Assembly (NCBI RefSeq): GCF_000281045.1
Contig: NW_008246095.1
Location: 361,087 to 406,727 of the forward strand
Origin: Saprolegnia diclina VS20
Taxonomy: Eukaryota
DNA: 45,641 nt
Reading direction: 5' to 3'
Made by a program: the position numbers and the translations under genes
Notes under the pieces: model-generated
Seen by the model: only the letters and a program-made list of their open reading frames with translations
Told to the model about the DNA's origin: nothing
Databases searched by the model: none
Part shown: positions 34,128-45,526 of the stretch, in pieces
Numbering within the stretch: position 1 is the first letter of the stretch
Layout: the number at the start of each line of letters is the position of its first letter

Positions 34128-35273
34128 ATGAGTCAGAGCGACATGGCGACGATGGCCGTGGCCGAGACCGAGAAGCGCGGGGCTGGGGACGCCGGCGCCG
34201 AGGGCCGCGCGGACGTCCGCGTCCATCCCCTCGTGCTCATGAACCTCTGCGACCACTGGACACGGGCCCATGCCGGGGCCAAGCAGGTCATGGGCGCACT
34301 CTTTGGCATCCAGAAGGGCCGCAACATCGAGGTCATGGACTCGTTCGAGCTGCCGACGCCCGCCGAGCTCCAGTCGGCGGACAGCCCCGCGACGCTCAAG
34401 ACCTTTTTGACGGAGCGCACGGAGCAGTTTGCCAAGGTCTTTCCCGGCTTTGAGTTTCTCGGCTGGTACGCGGTCCAGGACAAGATTCAGCCCTCCGACT
34501 TGGCCACGCACCGCATGGTAACCCTCTGCTTTAGATGCATGTCTATATGAACATTGGCGTAGCTCATGGAGTTCAACGAAAGCCCACTCTTCCTCGTGCT
34601 GGACCCGACGCCGCCACCGGCGACCAAGGGCGAACACGTCAAGCTCAAGCTGCCGCTCTCGCTCTACGAGTCGGAGCTCCACATGCTCAACAACACACCG
34701 ACGATGCTCTTTGTCAAGACGCAGTTCAAAGTGCACACGACCGAGTCGGAGGGCATTGCGCTCGACCACATCTCCAAGGTGGCCCCCGGCGGCGCCGCCA
34801 CCGAGTCGTCCCGTACGTGGCATCCATTGCATGTTCCATGACTATGTGTTTCATAGTCCATGGCGGTCTCGGCTCGATGCGTGATGCGATCCTGATGCTC
34901 GACAAGCAGCTCGGTGTCTTGCGCGCGTACCTTGAAGCGACCAAGCGAGGTACACTGACCTCGCTGGCTGCGTCGTCGTGAAGTCTCAGCGCCTAGGTGA
35001 TATCCCTGTGGACCACGCGCTGCTCCGCCAAGTCGCGAGCATTTGCCAACAGCTCCCCGCAATGCGTTCGGACCTCTTTGCATCGACGTTTTCCCAGGTA
35101 CTACCAATTTCTGGCTGTTCACACATCTGTACGTGCCGGTCTAGGAGTACAATGACACGCTCCTCGTCACGTACTTGGCGACGATCACAAAGGGCATTAC
35201 GTGCACGAACGCGGTGCTCGACAAGTTTGCAATGACGCAGGACCGGCAGCACCCGCGCGGCCCGATGCTCTAA
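34128..35273 (+). CDS. CSN6: COP9 signalosome subunit 6 (MPN- domain; multi-exon)
   Basis: VRVHPLVLMNLCDHWTR..VMGALFGIQKGRNIEVMDSFEL, FAKVFPGFEFLGWY, MEFNESPLFLVLDP, ESEGIALDHISK, DHALLRQVASICQQLP, EYNDTLLVTYLATITKG. Confidence 0.9.
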
Positions 35274-35323
35274 GCCGCTTATGACACGTCGATACACCAG
35301 TGTGCTCTTGCTATTCCTGCTTC

Positions 35324-36806
35324 TTATGCATCTGTGGCGGCCAGTCGGATCGTGTAGTGCTCGTACTTGAGCTCGTTCGCGTCCCAAACCGTCTCGAGGA
35401 GCGCCGACGGGCCTTCGGGCAGCGACTCGACCGGCACAATCGTCGTCACAAACGGCGGCGCCAAAAGCAGCTTTTGCAAGTGGAGCACGCCAAACCGACT
35501 GTGGCTCGTGGCATTGACGAGGTACGCGACGCCTACACGAATGCTGCACCCGGCGGCTTTGAAAACATCGAGTACCGTTGGGCTTGAGGCGGTGGCGCAC
35601 CACGTTGGCAAAGCCTTCGGCCGTGCTTGGCTCGCAAATGATGTCGCTGGCCATGACGATGTCAACCTTGGGCGCCGACTACATAGGACCGTGTTCAGAA
35701 GACAGTAGCAAGAAGACCAGTTTACGAGGTCGAGGTGGTCCCAATCGAGGTGCTCAATCGTCACGTGCGATGTCGATGCGTCCAAGTTGAGGTCGACGTT
35801 GTACTGAAGCGCGTCGAGCGTGTCTTGCTGGTAGTCGGTCAAGGTCATCGTTTGGCTGTACGCGGCAGCCACGATACCACTCAGGCCAAGCCCGCTCCCG
35901 ACTTCGAGGACGCTGCGCTCGCGGAAGCGCTCGCTGCAAAAATGCATCAAGCAAGTCCAGATGGAGTCGAGTAGTACCGGTTGAGGTGGACCCAGCGGGC
36001 CAAAATGACTGCCGCGCCCCACAGGAGGTACCCCGTCTTTGGCTGGCCCGTCATGCGCATCTTGACCGCGCGAATGAGCACCACGCGGTTCTCGTCGTCT
36101 CGGGCGTCGGTCGGCAGTGCTTGCAAAAGCGGCCACGTGCGCGTCGGGGGCTCGAGCGGCAGCGTTCTACCCGTTGCGTTATAAAGGTTGTAAAAAGAGA
36201 GAGGCACGTGAAGGGGAAGGACGTGTTGACGCCGGACGTGTTGGCTTTCTTGGACGAGCAGTTGACGACCACCGCCGACGCGCCCTAGCGTGGGTATAGC
36301 AGATACGGCGACGAGGTCCCATCCGTACATCTTGGATCAACTCGTGCTCGTGCATGAGGAGCTTCATAAGGACAAAGTGCAGGCCCAGCTGCGCTATTTT
36401 GAACTCCATCGTACTTGCCACCATCAACACAATCGTCGTACCTGCGTGGACGCAGTTGTCTTCGTCCGTAATGACCGCCGCCACGAGCAGCAAGATCTAA
36501 GCGTATCGCCATCACGCAGCGTACCGAGGCAAGTAAACTACCTTGTGCGTGCGCGCAATCGTGACTTCGTCGTCCTGGACGCGACTCTTTGTAAAGGCCG
36601 AGAGCTCGGTCATTGCGTACTCGAAAAAGCCCGCTAGATGCACATTGCAGCCGCGTGCTTGATGACAGCGAGGTGGTACCAATGCCAAGGAAGCAGCGAC
36701 CGAGGCCGCTCGTCGACCAGACGCCAAGGCGGTCAAGGTCGTGCGACGCAAGCGCATCGCGCATCTCGGCGATGAGCGCATGCAGCGACGAGAGAGCGAC
36801 GGGCAT
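35324..36806 (-). CDS. SAM-dependent protein methyltransferase, METTL21/Methyltransf_16 family, with N-terminal extension (multi-exon)
   Basis: TGYLLWGAAVILARW, motif I SVLEVGSGLGLSGI, post-I TLTDY, HLDW and VDIVMASDII. Confidence 0.8.
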
Positions 36807-37134
36807 GACAAATCCACTTGTTCAAACGACCAATGAAACCCACTTGGCGACAGATGGCACCCGTCCAGCATTCAAGAACACGCAACTTTGTCATCGTGCG
36901 AAGTCCGATACTACGCCTAACGCGGGAACCAAGAGCAGCAACGGTTGGCGGCATGCGCCTGCGTAATGACACGGGAAGTGGACGAGCTCTTTGGGATACC
37001 ACGCTGCACGCGCGGGTCTGAAGGGTCGCTTTGACTGCCATGGCTAAAAACACCGCGTTTTCATCTCGACAGGATATCATATCACTGGGAATGAATACCG
37101 AGGACATTGTACAGAATCAATTAAGACTATGAAC

Positions 37135-39812
37135 TTATTGGTGCAGCACGGCGAGACGCGGTTCGTTGTGGAGGCGCTGGTCGAGCTCGGCGTACTTTTG
37201 CAGCGCGGTTTCTTCGTGGCGCGTCAAGCGCTGTTCGAGAATCTGGATCCGGAACATGGTTTCGCTGCAGAAGCGCTCAAACTCTTCGTCCGTGCCCTGG
37301 TCGTGCTCGCGCTGGCTGCGCTGGAACGCTGCCTGCTTCTTGGCGAGGGCGCTATTCTCCTTGTCGAGCCGCGTCTGAATAATGTTGGCGCGCTCGAGCA
37401 GCCGCTCCTTGAGGTTCTTCAAGCACGCGTCGCGCACATTGTGCGCTTCGTCCTTTGTAAGGCTCCCACTGTGGTGCTGCCCCACGGCGTGCAAGAACGG
37501 CGACAAGTAGTCCATCTCGACTTTGGTCTACCCACGATATTAGAGACTCGAATGCGACACGAAACATACCTCTTTGCTCTGCTTGCGTTGCTCCTCGGCC
37601 GCGTCGGCCTTGGACTCGTCTTCCTCGGCGTCGAAAATGCTCGTTTCGAGCGTAATCGCGGCCTCTTCGCGCTTGCGGTACTTGAGGATCTCCTGCGTCT
37701 CGACGTCCACGTGCCGGATCGCGTTGTAGCACTCCTTCTCCATCTAACGTGCGGTGTCTCGACACAGATTGCATGCTTGTCAACACCTGAATCACAGCCT
37801 GGAGTTCGCGCTCGAGGAGCGTCTCCTTGGGTCGCGCCGCCGTCGGGTCGACCTGAAAGACGTCCACGGGCGTGTTTGGCGCCTTGTGGTACACGCGGCT
37901 CGCCGACGTGATCTTGCCCTCGGCGTAGTGAAATTGAACGCGGATCGTGCCTTCGCGTACGTTGTACGTGCGCTTGCGTGCGTCCTAAGGATAGCTCTTG
38001 GCATCTATCAAGGTTTCAAGGGACTCTGGCAACCTCGTCGGCGTCGCGGTCAATGTTTCGGCCAAACTTTTCCGCCATGCGACGCACTGTGAGCTCGCCG
38101 GTCGCGCCACCCGGCAGAACAAACGGTGTCGGTGTCTTGGCAATCGCCTCAGCGTGGTCCTTCTCTTCCGAGAGCGTCACGCTGCGGTGCTCGAGGTTGT
38201 CGTCGCGCCCATAAAAGGTCTCGGTGATGTGCTTGTGCACGACTTCTTCGCGCTTGACGAGGCCGTCCATGCGCGCGCTCGTGTAGAACGTCAGCTCGCG
38301 CCGAAACCCACTCCACTCGACGCGCGATTTCAACGCTTCGGGCTGCCGACCCGGTGCAAAGTGCTCTTCAAACTTGCCTTGGAGCGGGTACCGAATGCGC
38401 AAATGCAGTTTGTCCTTGCGGTTCTTGAAGAGCTCGCGGATCTCGATCGGGAGCGTCCGGCTCCGGTTGCGGTACAGCGTCAGCCGCCGCACCATGCCTT
38501 GCGCGTGCGTATTGTCGGCAAAGTCTTCGACTTTGCTCTTCTCGTACAGCGTCGTGCGCTGCGCTTCGTTGACGTACCGCTGCTTGTAGCGCTTGCGTTC
38601 GACGTGCAGCTTGACGACCCAGGACGGCGGGACATCGAGAATGTTGCTGTCGTCGTCGTTGTCGCCGCCTTGGTCGCTGCCGTCGCCCGAGTTGTTGCTG
38701 CTACCGCCTTCGAGGAGCGTATCGTGCACCTTGCCATCGCTGCCGTCGCCATGCGACGTCTTCTTCTCAAAGGACGACAAGAAGACGTACTCCCAGTCGG
38801 TCGCGTTTCCAAGGTCATACAGACACTGACTCAGTCGGTGCGGCTGCATGTTGACGTAGTAGTTTTGGTGGTTCCACACGCTCTCGATGCGCACGTACGG
38901 CGAGTCCCGGACCGGGTACAACCGCCCGGTCGAGGGCTCGACAAAGACGTGCTCGGTCACGTCGCGCCGGCCAGCGCGGACGAGCACCCATGCGTGCACG
39001 CGCTTCCCATCGAGCGGGTCGTCGTCGTCGTCGTCGTCGTCGTCCAAGTGTTTGGTCCAGTCTTGCATGGCCGCAATTTCAGCGCGCCGGGCCTCTTCCT
39101 TGGCCTCCATCATGGCCACAAACTTGCTCGTGGGCTTTGGCACGGCCGTATCGTCGTCGTCATGCTTGCTCTCGCTCACCTTGCCGGTCGACGTCTCGAT
39201 GTCCAGCTTGCCGATTTCATCGAGGAACGGGCAGCGCGTCCGGCTCTGGTCGAGGAGGCACACCCAGCGCGGCGCAAAGCCGTTGACGACGTAGGCGTCG
39301 TAGCCCGACCCAATGAGGAACGAAACGAGGAGGTTCGCGAGATCGAACGAGTCGCCCGACTGCCAGTGGAGAACCGCGGCCGGCGACGGAAGACACAGCG
39401 GTGGCTTGCACGGGTCTGCGAGCGGCTCGTACTCGATGAGCCCCGAGACAAAGGTGGCGAGCTTCTCGAGGTTGTAGAGCTCGAGGAACGGTAGCAGCGT
39501 CGGGCGGATCGTCGTGCACACAAACTTGGGAATGCCACACTCGTTGGGTGGGCAGAGGTACAATGGCGGCCGGCCACTGTCGGGCAAAAGCTCTTCAAAC
39601 TGCTTGCGAAAGTTGGCCACGTACTCGAGGCAGAGCAGCTCCTTGTTGGTGTTGGCCGTGTAGGAACCTGGCGCGTCGTTGCCGGCCGCGTCTTCGAGGC
39701 GCCGATGCTTGGTGCTCACGACACCCGCGACCGTAAATTGGCGGGGCGCCGGTGCGCTCCGGAAGAGGTTCTGCCGCTCCGAGAAGTCGACCTCGTCGTT
39801 GTTGTCGGGCAT
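37135..39812 (-). CDS. DRC7: Dynein regulatory complex subunit 7 (CCDC135/FAP50/lobo homolog)
   Basis: SYTANTNKELLCLEYVANFRKQF..LCPPNECGIPKFVCTTIRPT, GDSFDLANLLVSFLIGSGYDAYVVNG, RVHAWVLV, ESVWNHQNYYVNMQ, and C-terminal DYLSPFL..RLLERANIIQTRL..FRIQILEQRLTRHE. Confidence 0.9.
39018..39044. repeat. (GTC)9 microsatellite encoding poly-Asp in DRC7
   Basis: Perfect trinucleotide run; the minus strand reads D9. Confidence 0.9.
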
Positions 39813-40170
39813 GGCTCTTCAAGATCTTATATACGCCACGCCGCTTCGAGGAATAACACTCGCTCCAATTATAACATGTTAGACGCATATAGTTTTACGC
39901 ATTTACCCAGTTCGGATGCGTTTTAATCACAATACACTCTTCATATTACTCACACTAAATAAAGGGCTCGGGCACATGGTTTAGCTCTGCTGCACTGCCA
40001 TTGGCGCTGCTGCGTCGTGCGTGCGACGATGGGTCGAGCAACTTCAAGGAGATCGCCACTCCCAACGCTTGCTTGCGCGTGTGTGCAGCGTCAAGTGGCC
40101 CCGGGAATGCACACTATTTCCGTGGCGTTTGTGGGTGGGCGGCCATCCGGATAAAAAGATTGGGGCCGTC

Positions 40171-41840
40171 ATGATCATGAACGTCTTGCGCCGGCCGCAG
40201 CCCCTCACGCGCCATGCGCGGAGCTTTGGCATCGCCCACGACGAGATCGTGGCCCTCGCGCAGGTCTCGCCGACGCCGCTGACGCTGCAGCAGATGAAGA
40301 CGTTCGCGACGAACGGCCCCGAGCTGCGGCTCAAGGCGGCGGCCTTTCTGCACAAGGAGCTGCAGATCCGCTTTGCGCGGTGCGTCGCTCACCAAATCGA
40401 GATGGCCGCTCACGCTTTCTTGTAGCGCAATTGTCGAGCTCTCGGAGCTGCCGATTGGGCTCAACGAGACAAAAGCCGTTCAAATGGCCATCCGCAACTA
40501 CACGGACCACCTCGAGAGCGTGCGCGCGGCCAAGGTCCCGACGACGCTCGTACTACGCCACTGCGAATCGCACGACATGGAATATGTGTGTGTGCATAGG
40601 AAGAAGACGCTGTGTTTACGACCATGATCCGCGCCATGAAGAAGCGCGGGTCCAACTTGGTGCCGCTTATTTGCGGCGGGCTCCAAGAAGTGAGCCACAC
40701 GGAAGAGGGCCGTAACGCGCTGCGTCTCCAAGAGATCCAAGTGCGATAGTTTATCGTAGCCTATTGACTAGTCGTCGCGTAGGACAGCGTCAACACGCGC
40801 TTGGACACATTCTTCCTCTCGCGCATTGGCATTCGCATGCTCATCGGGCAGCACTCGACGTACAACGACCAAATCTCGTAGCGTCATTATAACATGCTCC
40901 GATGTAGGGACGGTGGCCGCGTCAAGCTCTGTGATGTGCAAGACATTGTCCGTGAAGCGACCGAGCGGGCGAGTGCGCTCTGCGAACTGTACTGCGGCAC
41001 GCCGCCCAAGGTCATCGTCAAGGTCGCTGCGAACGGCGCAGCGCCCTTCATGTATGTGCGCTCGCACTTGCATCACATGGTACGACGCGTCAATATTGCG
41101 TGTTATTGATCGCGATCTTTAGGTGTTTGAGCTGCTGAAAAACTCGATGCAAGCCACGGTTGAGCTCTACGGCCCCAAATCGCCGCGCCGCGAAACGTGC
41201 TCGGTCATGGACACCAAGCCCAAGATGAACCACATGAGCCCTCTCCTTGGCTTTGTCATTCCCGATGTAAGGCCTCATTCAGCAACGATAGTAGAAGCAT
41301 CTCACATCTGATTTTCGTAGATGGACCATTTGGACGGTATCTCAATCTTCCCGCACCACGCCAACTCGCTGCGGTACGTGTTTCCATGCAGTAGCAAACG
41401 ACCATGATCATGGTGGTGCAGGGGCGACTTGCCGCCCATCACGGTCGTCATCTGCCAAGGCCAAGAAGGTTGGGCTCTTGCGCAAATGACTGCAGAAATA
41501 TCATTCTCGACATGGACTAGATTTGACCATCAAGATCTCGGACGTGGCTGGCGGCGTCCGTCGCAGCGATTGGCACCGTTTGTGGTACTACAACCACACG
41601 ACGGCGAGCCAGGAGCCGCCGCAAGCGCTCGCGACTGGCGATTTTCGCGAGCATTTCAGCGGCGGCGGCTACGGGCTGCCGATTGGCCGGCTCTTTGCGC
41701 GGTACTTTGGCGGCGAAATCACGTTCCTCTCGTCCGAGGGGTATGGCTCGTCGGCGTTCATTCAAGCGCACCGCCTCGGGAAACAAACCGAGCTCGTGCC
41801 GGGCCACACCAACTTTACGCTCCAGCCGCTTAAATTCTAA
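40171..41840 (+). CDS. Mitochondrial pyruvate dehydrogenase / branched-chain ketoacid dehydrogenase kinase (multi-exon)
   Basis: Arg-rich presequence, PTPLTLQQMKTF, FLHKELQIRFA, LDTFFLSRIGIRMLIGQH, N-box FELLKNSMQATVE, TIKISDVAGG, G2 box GGGYGLPIGRLFARYFGG, SEGYGS. Confidence 0.88.
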
Positions 41841-42469
41841 GGCCCACTCCGCAACAATTTATACATTGGTCGTCCACTTCACAGACATATTGTCCACACA
41901 ACGCTCGACGCGTTCAAATTCAACGACTGCCCACTTCAACATTACTAGCGTCTCTGGCCGAGAAGGTTCGTCGTCGGTGGGCGATTGAATACAAGTAGTC
42001 CAGTACCTCAAGGCGTCGCGACCTTATTGGGATGTTCGACGGTGTCGAGATGCAAGGGGCGCATCTTGCTAGTATTCTACGAGAAATGACAGAGCGTCCC
42101 TTGGGCGCCATCGAAGCTCGAGGCCGATTCGGCTCGATAGACGCGACGCCAGACGCGCCAATCACGTTGCAGCGCGCCGGTGGCGTCAACAGCCCACCCG
42201 ACTTTCGAGACGCTTACGGGACCGGCGTTGGCCGCCATGCTCGCCTCCCCGCAGAGGCCGCCAGATAATCCTTGCTCGACAGACTTGATGGATCTAGAAT
42301 CTGGTCGTGCCAGATTCGACGGCGCCAGATTCAACCCGTTTCGGCGCGACGCCGAAACCCTGTCTAATGCGTGGCTGTGTGCCCCGCCATCCGGATACAG
42401 GCGTCATCCGGATATAGATTGAAAGCGCCGTCAGTTTGGTGGCAGACAAGAATTCGTCGCGTGTCTGCC

Positions 42470-43672
42470 ATGCGCCGTGTGTACGCCGTCTCGCGCCGCC
42501 GGTGGCTCTCGTCCGCCGCGTCCCAGCTGGCCATGGACCCGTGTCCGAGCGACGGCGGCTATGAAGAGGACGCGAGATGCGTCATCCGCCTCGAGGCGCT
42601 GCGCCAGCCGCCAGCACCCGAGCTCGTCGAGGACCTCAAGGCCGCGCGTCGGGATGCGGCCACGGGTCGCTTCGTGCATCCTGCGCACTGGAAGTACGAG
42701 ATGACGACGCTCATGGACGTCCTCAAGTGGAAGTGGAACGCGACGGGCGAAGGCCCGTGTGTGCCCACCGACGTCGCCGAGCTCGATGCGGCGCTGCCAG
42801 TCTTGACGCCCGACTTNNNNNNNNNNNNNNNNNNNNNNNNNNNNNNNNNNNNNNNNNNNNNNNNNNNNNNNNNNNNNNNNNNNNNNNNNNNNNNNNNNNN
42901 NNNNNNNNNNNNNNNNNNNNNNNNNNNNNNNNNNNNNNNNNNNNNNNNNNNNNNNNNNNNNNNNNNNNNNNNNNNNNNNNNNNNNNNNNNNNNNNNNNNN
43001 NNNNNNNNNNNNNNNNNNNNNNNNNNNNNNNNNNNNNNNNNNNNNNNNNNNNNNNNNNNNNNNNNNNNNNNNNNNNNNNNNNNNNNNNNNNNNNNNNNNN
43101 NNNNNNNNNNNNNNNNNNNNNNNNNNNNNNNNNNNNNNNNNNNNNNNNNNNNNNNNNNNNNNNNNNNNNNNNNNNNNNNNNNNNNNNNNNNNNNNNNNNN
43201 NNNNNNNNNNNNNNNNNNNNNNNNNNNNNNNNNNNNNNNNNNNNNNNNNNNNNNNNNNNNNNNNNNNNNNNGGTACTTTCACGACACGAACCGATCGCTC
43301 TGGGGCGGCTGGGTCGTCCAAGGCGTCGGCGGCTCGTTCTACTTTTCCGGCGACACGGCCTACTGCTCGTCCTTCAAGGCGATTGGTCACCGGTTCGGCG
43401 AATTCAGCGTCTCGGCCATTCCGATTGGCGCGTACGGACCGCGCGAAGTACTCCACAACCAGCACTGCGACGTAGCGCAAGCGATCCAGATCCACAAGGA
43501 CGTTTCGAGCCGGTCGTCGCTCGGGATTCACTGGGGCACGTGGGTCCTCACCGACGAGCACTATCTGGAGCCCAAGCACGATCTGCAGCGGCTCATGGCC
43601 GACGAAGACGACGCCGATGCATTCTACACCCTCGACCACGGCGCGTCACGGATTGTGCCGTGGCGACTGTAA
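42470..43672 (+). CDS. N-acyl-phosphatidylethanolamine phospholipase D-like (metallo-beta-lactamase fold), copy 1, gap inside
   Basis: DTNRSLWGGWVV, FYFSGDTAY, AIPIGAYGPR, QHCD..AIQIHKDV, SLGIHWGTWVLTDE..EP; N-terminus MRRVYAVSRRRWLSS. Confidence 0.8.
   Translation: MRRVYAVSRRRWLSSAASQLAMDPCPSDGGYEEDARCVIRLEALRQPPAPELVEDLKAARRDAATGRFVHPAHWKYEMTTLMDVLKWKWNATGEGPCVPTDVAELDAALPVLTPDXXXXXXXXXXXXXXXXXXXXXXXXXXXXXXXXXXXXXXXXXXXXXXXXXXXXXXXXXXXXXXXXXXXXXXXXXXXXXXXXXXXXXXXXXXXXXXXXXXXXXXXXXXXXXXXXXXXXXXXXXXXXXXXXXXXXXXXXXXXXXXXXXXXXXXXXXYFHDTNRSLWGGWVVQGVGGSFYFSGDTAYCSSFKAIGHRFGEFSVSAIPIGAYGPREVLHNQHCDVAQAIQIHKDVSSRSSLGIHWGTWVLTDEHYLEPKHDLQRLMADEDDADAFYTLDHGASRIVPWRL
42817..43271. other. Assembly gap
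   Basis: Run of N inside NAPE-PLD copy 1. Confidence 1.
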
Positions 43673-44043
43673 TTCATTGCCCGTAATAGATACCTTGATA
43701 TAGACTAGCTACGATGATTGCACTAATCTGGCGCCGCGTCATCGCACCAAGCGCCGTGCTTCGCCTTCTTGGGAACCGTTCCGCGGGCTTGGAAGCCTTC
43801 CCTGGAGTCTTCCTCGGAGCTTCTTAGGGTCTGTCGCGCTTGGAGTTGAGGTGGAAATGACATGCAGTGTGGCGCACGATCGACCGACTTCCAGAGGCTT
43901 CGGCTGACGGCACTTTACCCTATCCGCATGGCGTTAAAGTCTGACGTGGCGCCATTTAAGAGTGCCTCTGAGTCAATGACCTAGCGTTAAACGTCCTGAG
44001 CACCAATAGATGAAACGGACCTACCACCATTTTGACTTTATCC

Positions 44044-45065
44044 ATGGAGTCGGCCGACCTTGCCCGCGACTTGGCGCCGGCCCAGCGCGACGCGTCGACG
44101 GGGGCGTTTCTTCACCCGCCGCACTGGGGCTTTCGCATGGTGACGTTCATGGACTTTGCTCGGTGGAAGTGGAGCACAACCGCGCTCGGACCGCAAGTGC
44201 CCACGGACGCCGCCGAGCTCGACAAGGTGCTGCCGGTGCGGACGCCAAACTTTGGCCCTCAAATTCCGACTGGCAAAGCGCGCATTACGTGGCTCGGCCA
44301 TGCCTCCGTGCTCCTCGAAGTCCCTGTCGGTGCTGATGGAACGACCGCCACCATTCTTACGGACCCCGTCTTTGTCGAGCGTTGCAGCCCATTCCAGTGG
44401 GTTGGCCCCAAACGGTACCGCCCCGCGCCGCTTCAAGTTGCGGACCTTCCGCGCATCGATGCGGTTGTGCTGAGCCACAACCACTACGACCACATGGAGA
44501 CTACAACGCTCACGCAGCTCCGTCTACGGTTCCCAGACCTGCAATGGTTTGTGCCGTTGGGCAACGCCCACTACTTGACGCCGCTCGGTATTCCACGCAG
44601 CCGGATCACGGAGCAAAACTGGTGGGACTCGACGACGATTTCGCTCCACGGCGCAGCCTTTACGTTTTCCCTTGTCCCGGTCATGCACTGGACGCGCCGC
44701 GGAGTGCTCGACACAAACAAGGCGCTTTGGGGCGGCTGGGTCGTCCAAGGTCTTGGCGGCTCCTTCTTCTTCTCGGGTGATACGGCCTACTGCTCGGCGT
44801 TCAAAGCCATTGGCCACAAGTTTGGCGGCTTCAGCGTCTCGGCGATCCCGATTGGCGCCTACGGCCCGCGCGAGGTCTTTAGCGTGCAGCATTGCGACGT
44901 GCCCGAAGCGATCCAGATCCACAAGGACGTCCAAAGTCATTCGTCGCTCGGAATTCACTGGGGTACGTGGGTCATGACGGAAGAGTACTATCTCGAGCCG
45001 AAAATGGAACTGGAGCGGCTCATGGCGTGCGAGGTACCCGACTCATTTTACACCCTCGACCACGG
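44044..45065 (+). CDS. NAPE-PLD-like protein, copy 2 (3' end runs into gap)
   Basis: ITWLGHASVLL, ILTDPVFVERCSP, DAVVLSHNHYDH (HxHxDH metal motif), PVMHWTRR, FFSGDTAY, IHWGTW. Confidence 0.88.
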
Positions 45066-45165
45066 NNNNNNNNNNNNNNNNNNNNNNNNNNNNNNNNNNN
45101 NNNNNNNNNNNNNNNNNNNNNNNNNNNNNNNNNNNNNNNNNNNNNNNNNNNNNNNNNNNNNNNNN
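45066..45165. other. Assembly gap (100 N, likely unknown size)
   Basis: Exactly 100 N. Confidence 1.
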
Positions 45166-45230
45166 TCACGTCCCGACGAGTCCGCGCAAGCGCGCCACGT
45201 CGCAGGACTTTACGCCCGACCACGTACCGC

Positions 45231-45526
45231 TTGACCGCGTGCCGATCCCGACCATCATTCCGGACGAGTTCGACGACGTCGTGTCGCCTGCCTGGCCGGA
45301 ACAATCCGCCGCGACGTCTACCGCTCCAAGCGAGACGGACCCACGCGACGCTCACGCCCAAGATGATCAAGATGCCCAAGGCGATCAAGATTATCTTGGG
45401 CGTGAGCGTCGCGTGGGTCCGTCTCGCTTGGAGCAGTAGACGTCGCGGCGGATTGTTCCGGCCAGGTAGGCGACACGACGTCGTCGAACTCGTCCGGAAT
45501 GATGGTCGGGATCGGCACGCGGTCAA
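45231..45526. repeat. Long inverted repeat: 138-bp arms, 20-nt spacer
   Basis: 45231-45368 is the reverse complement of 45389-45526 with 3 mismatches (compared base by base). Confidence 0.95.

Noticed and set aside
37998..39494. 498-aa + strand ORF opposite DRC7
   Set aside because: Antisense shadow of a conserved coding exon.
42297..42331. GAATCTGG/CCAGATTC inverted repeat and repeated GCCAGATTC upstream of NAPE-PLD copy 1
   Set aside because: Only 8-9 bp; no matching termini or target-site duplication to support a MITE.
45231..45526. Inverted repeat interpreted as a MITE
   Set aside because: No flanking target-site duplication seen; the arm reads as coding-like sequence and abuts a copia RT fragment, favouring a fold-back rearrangement.
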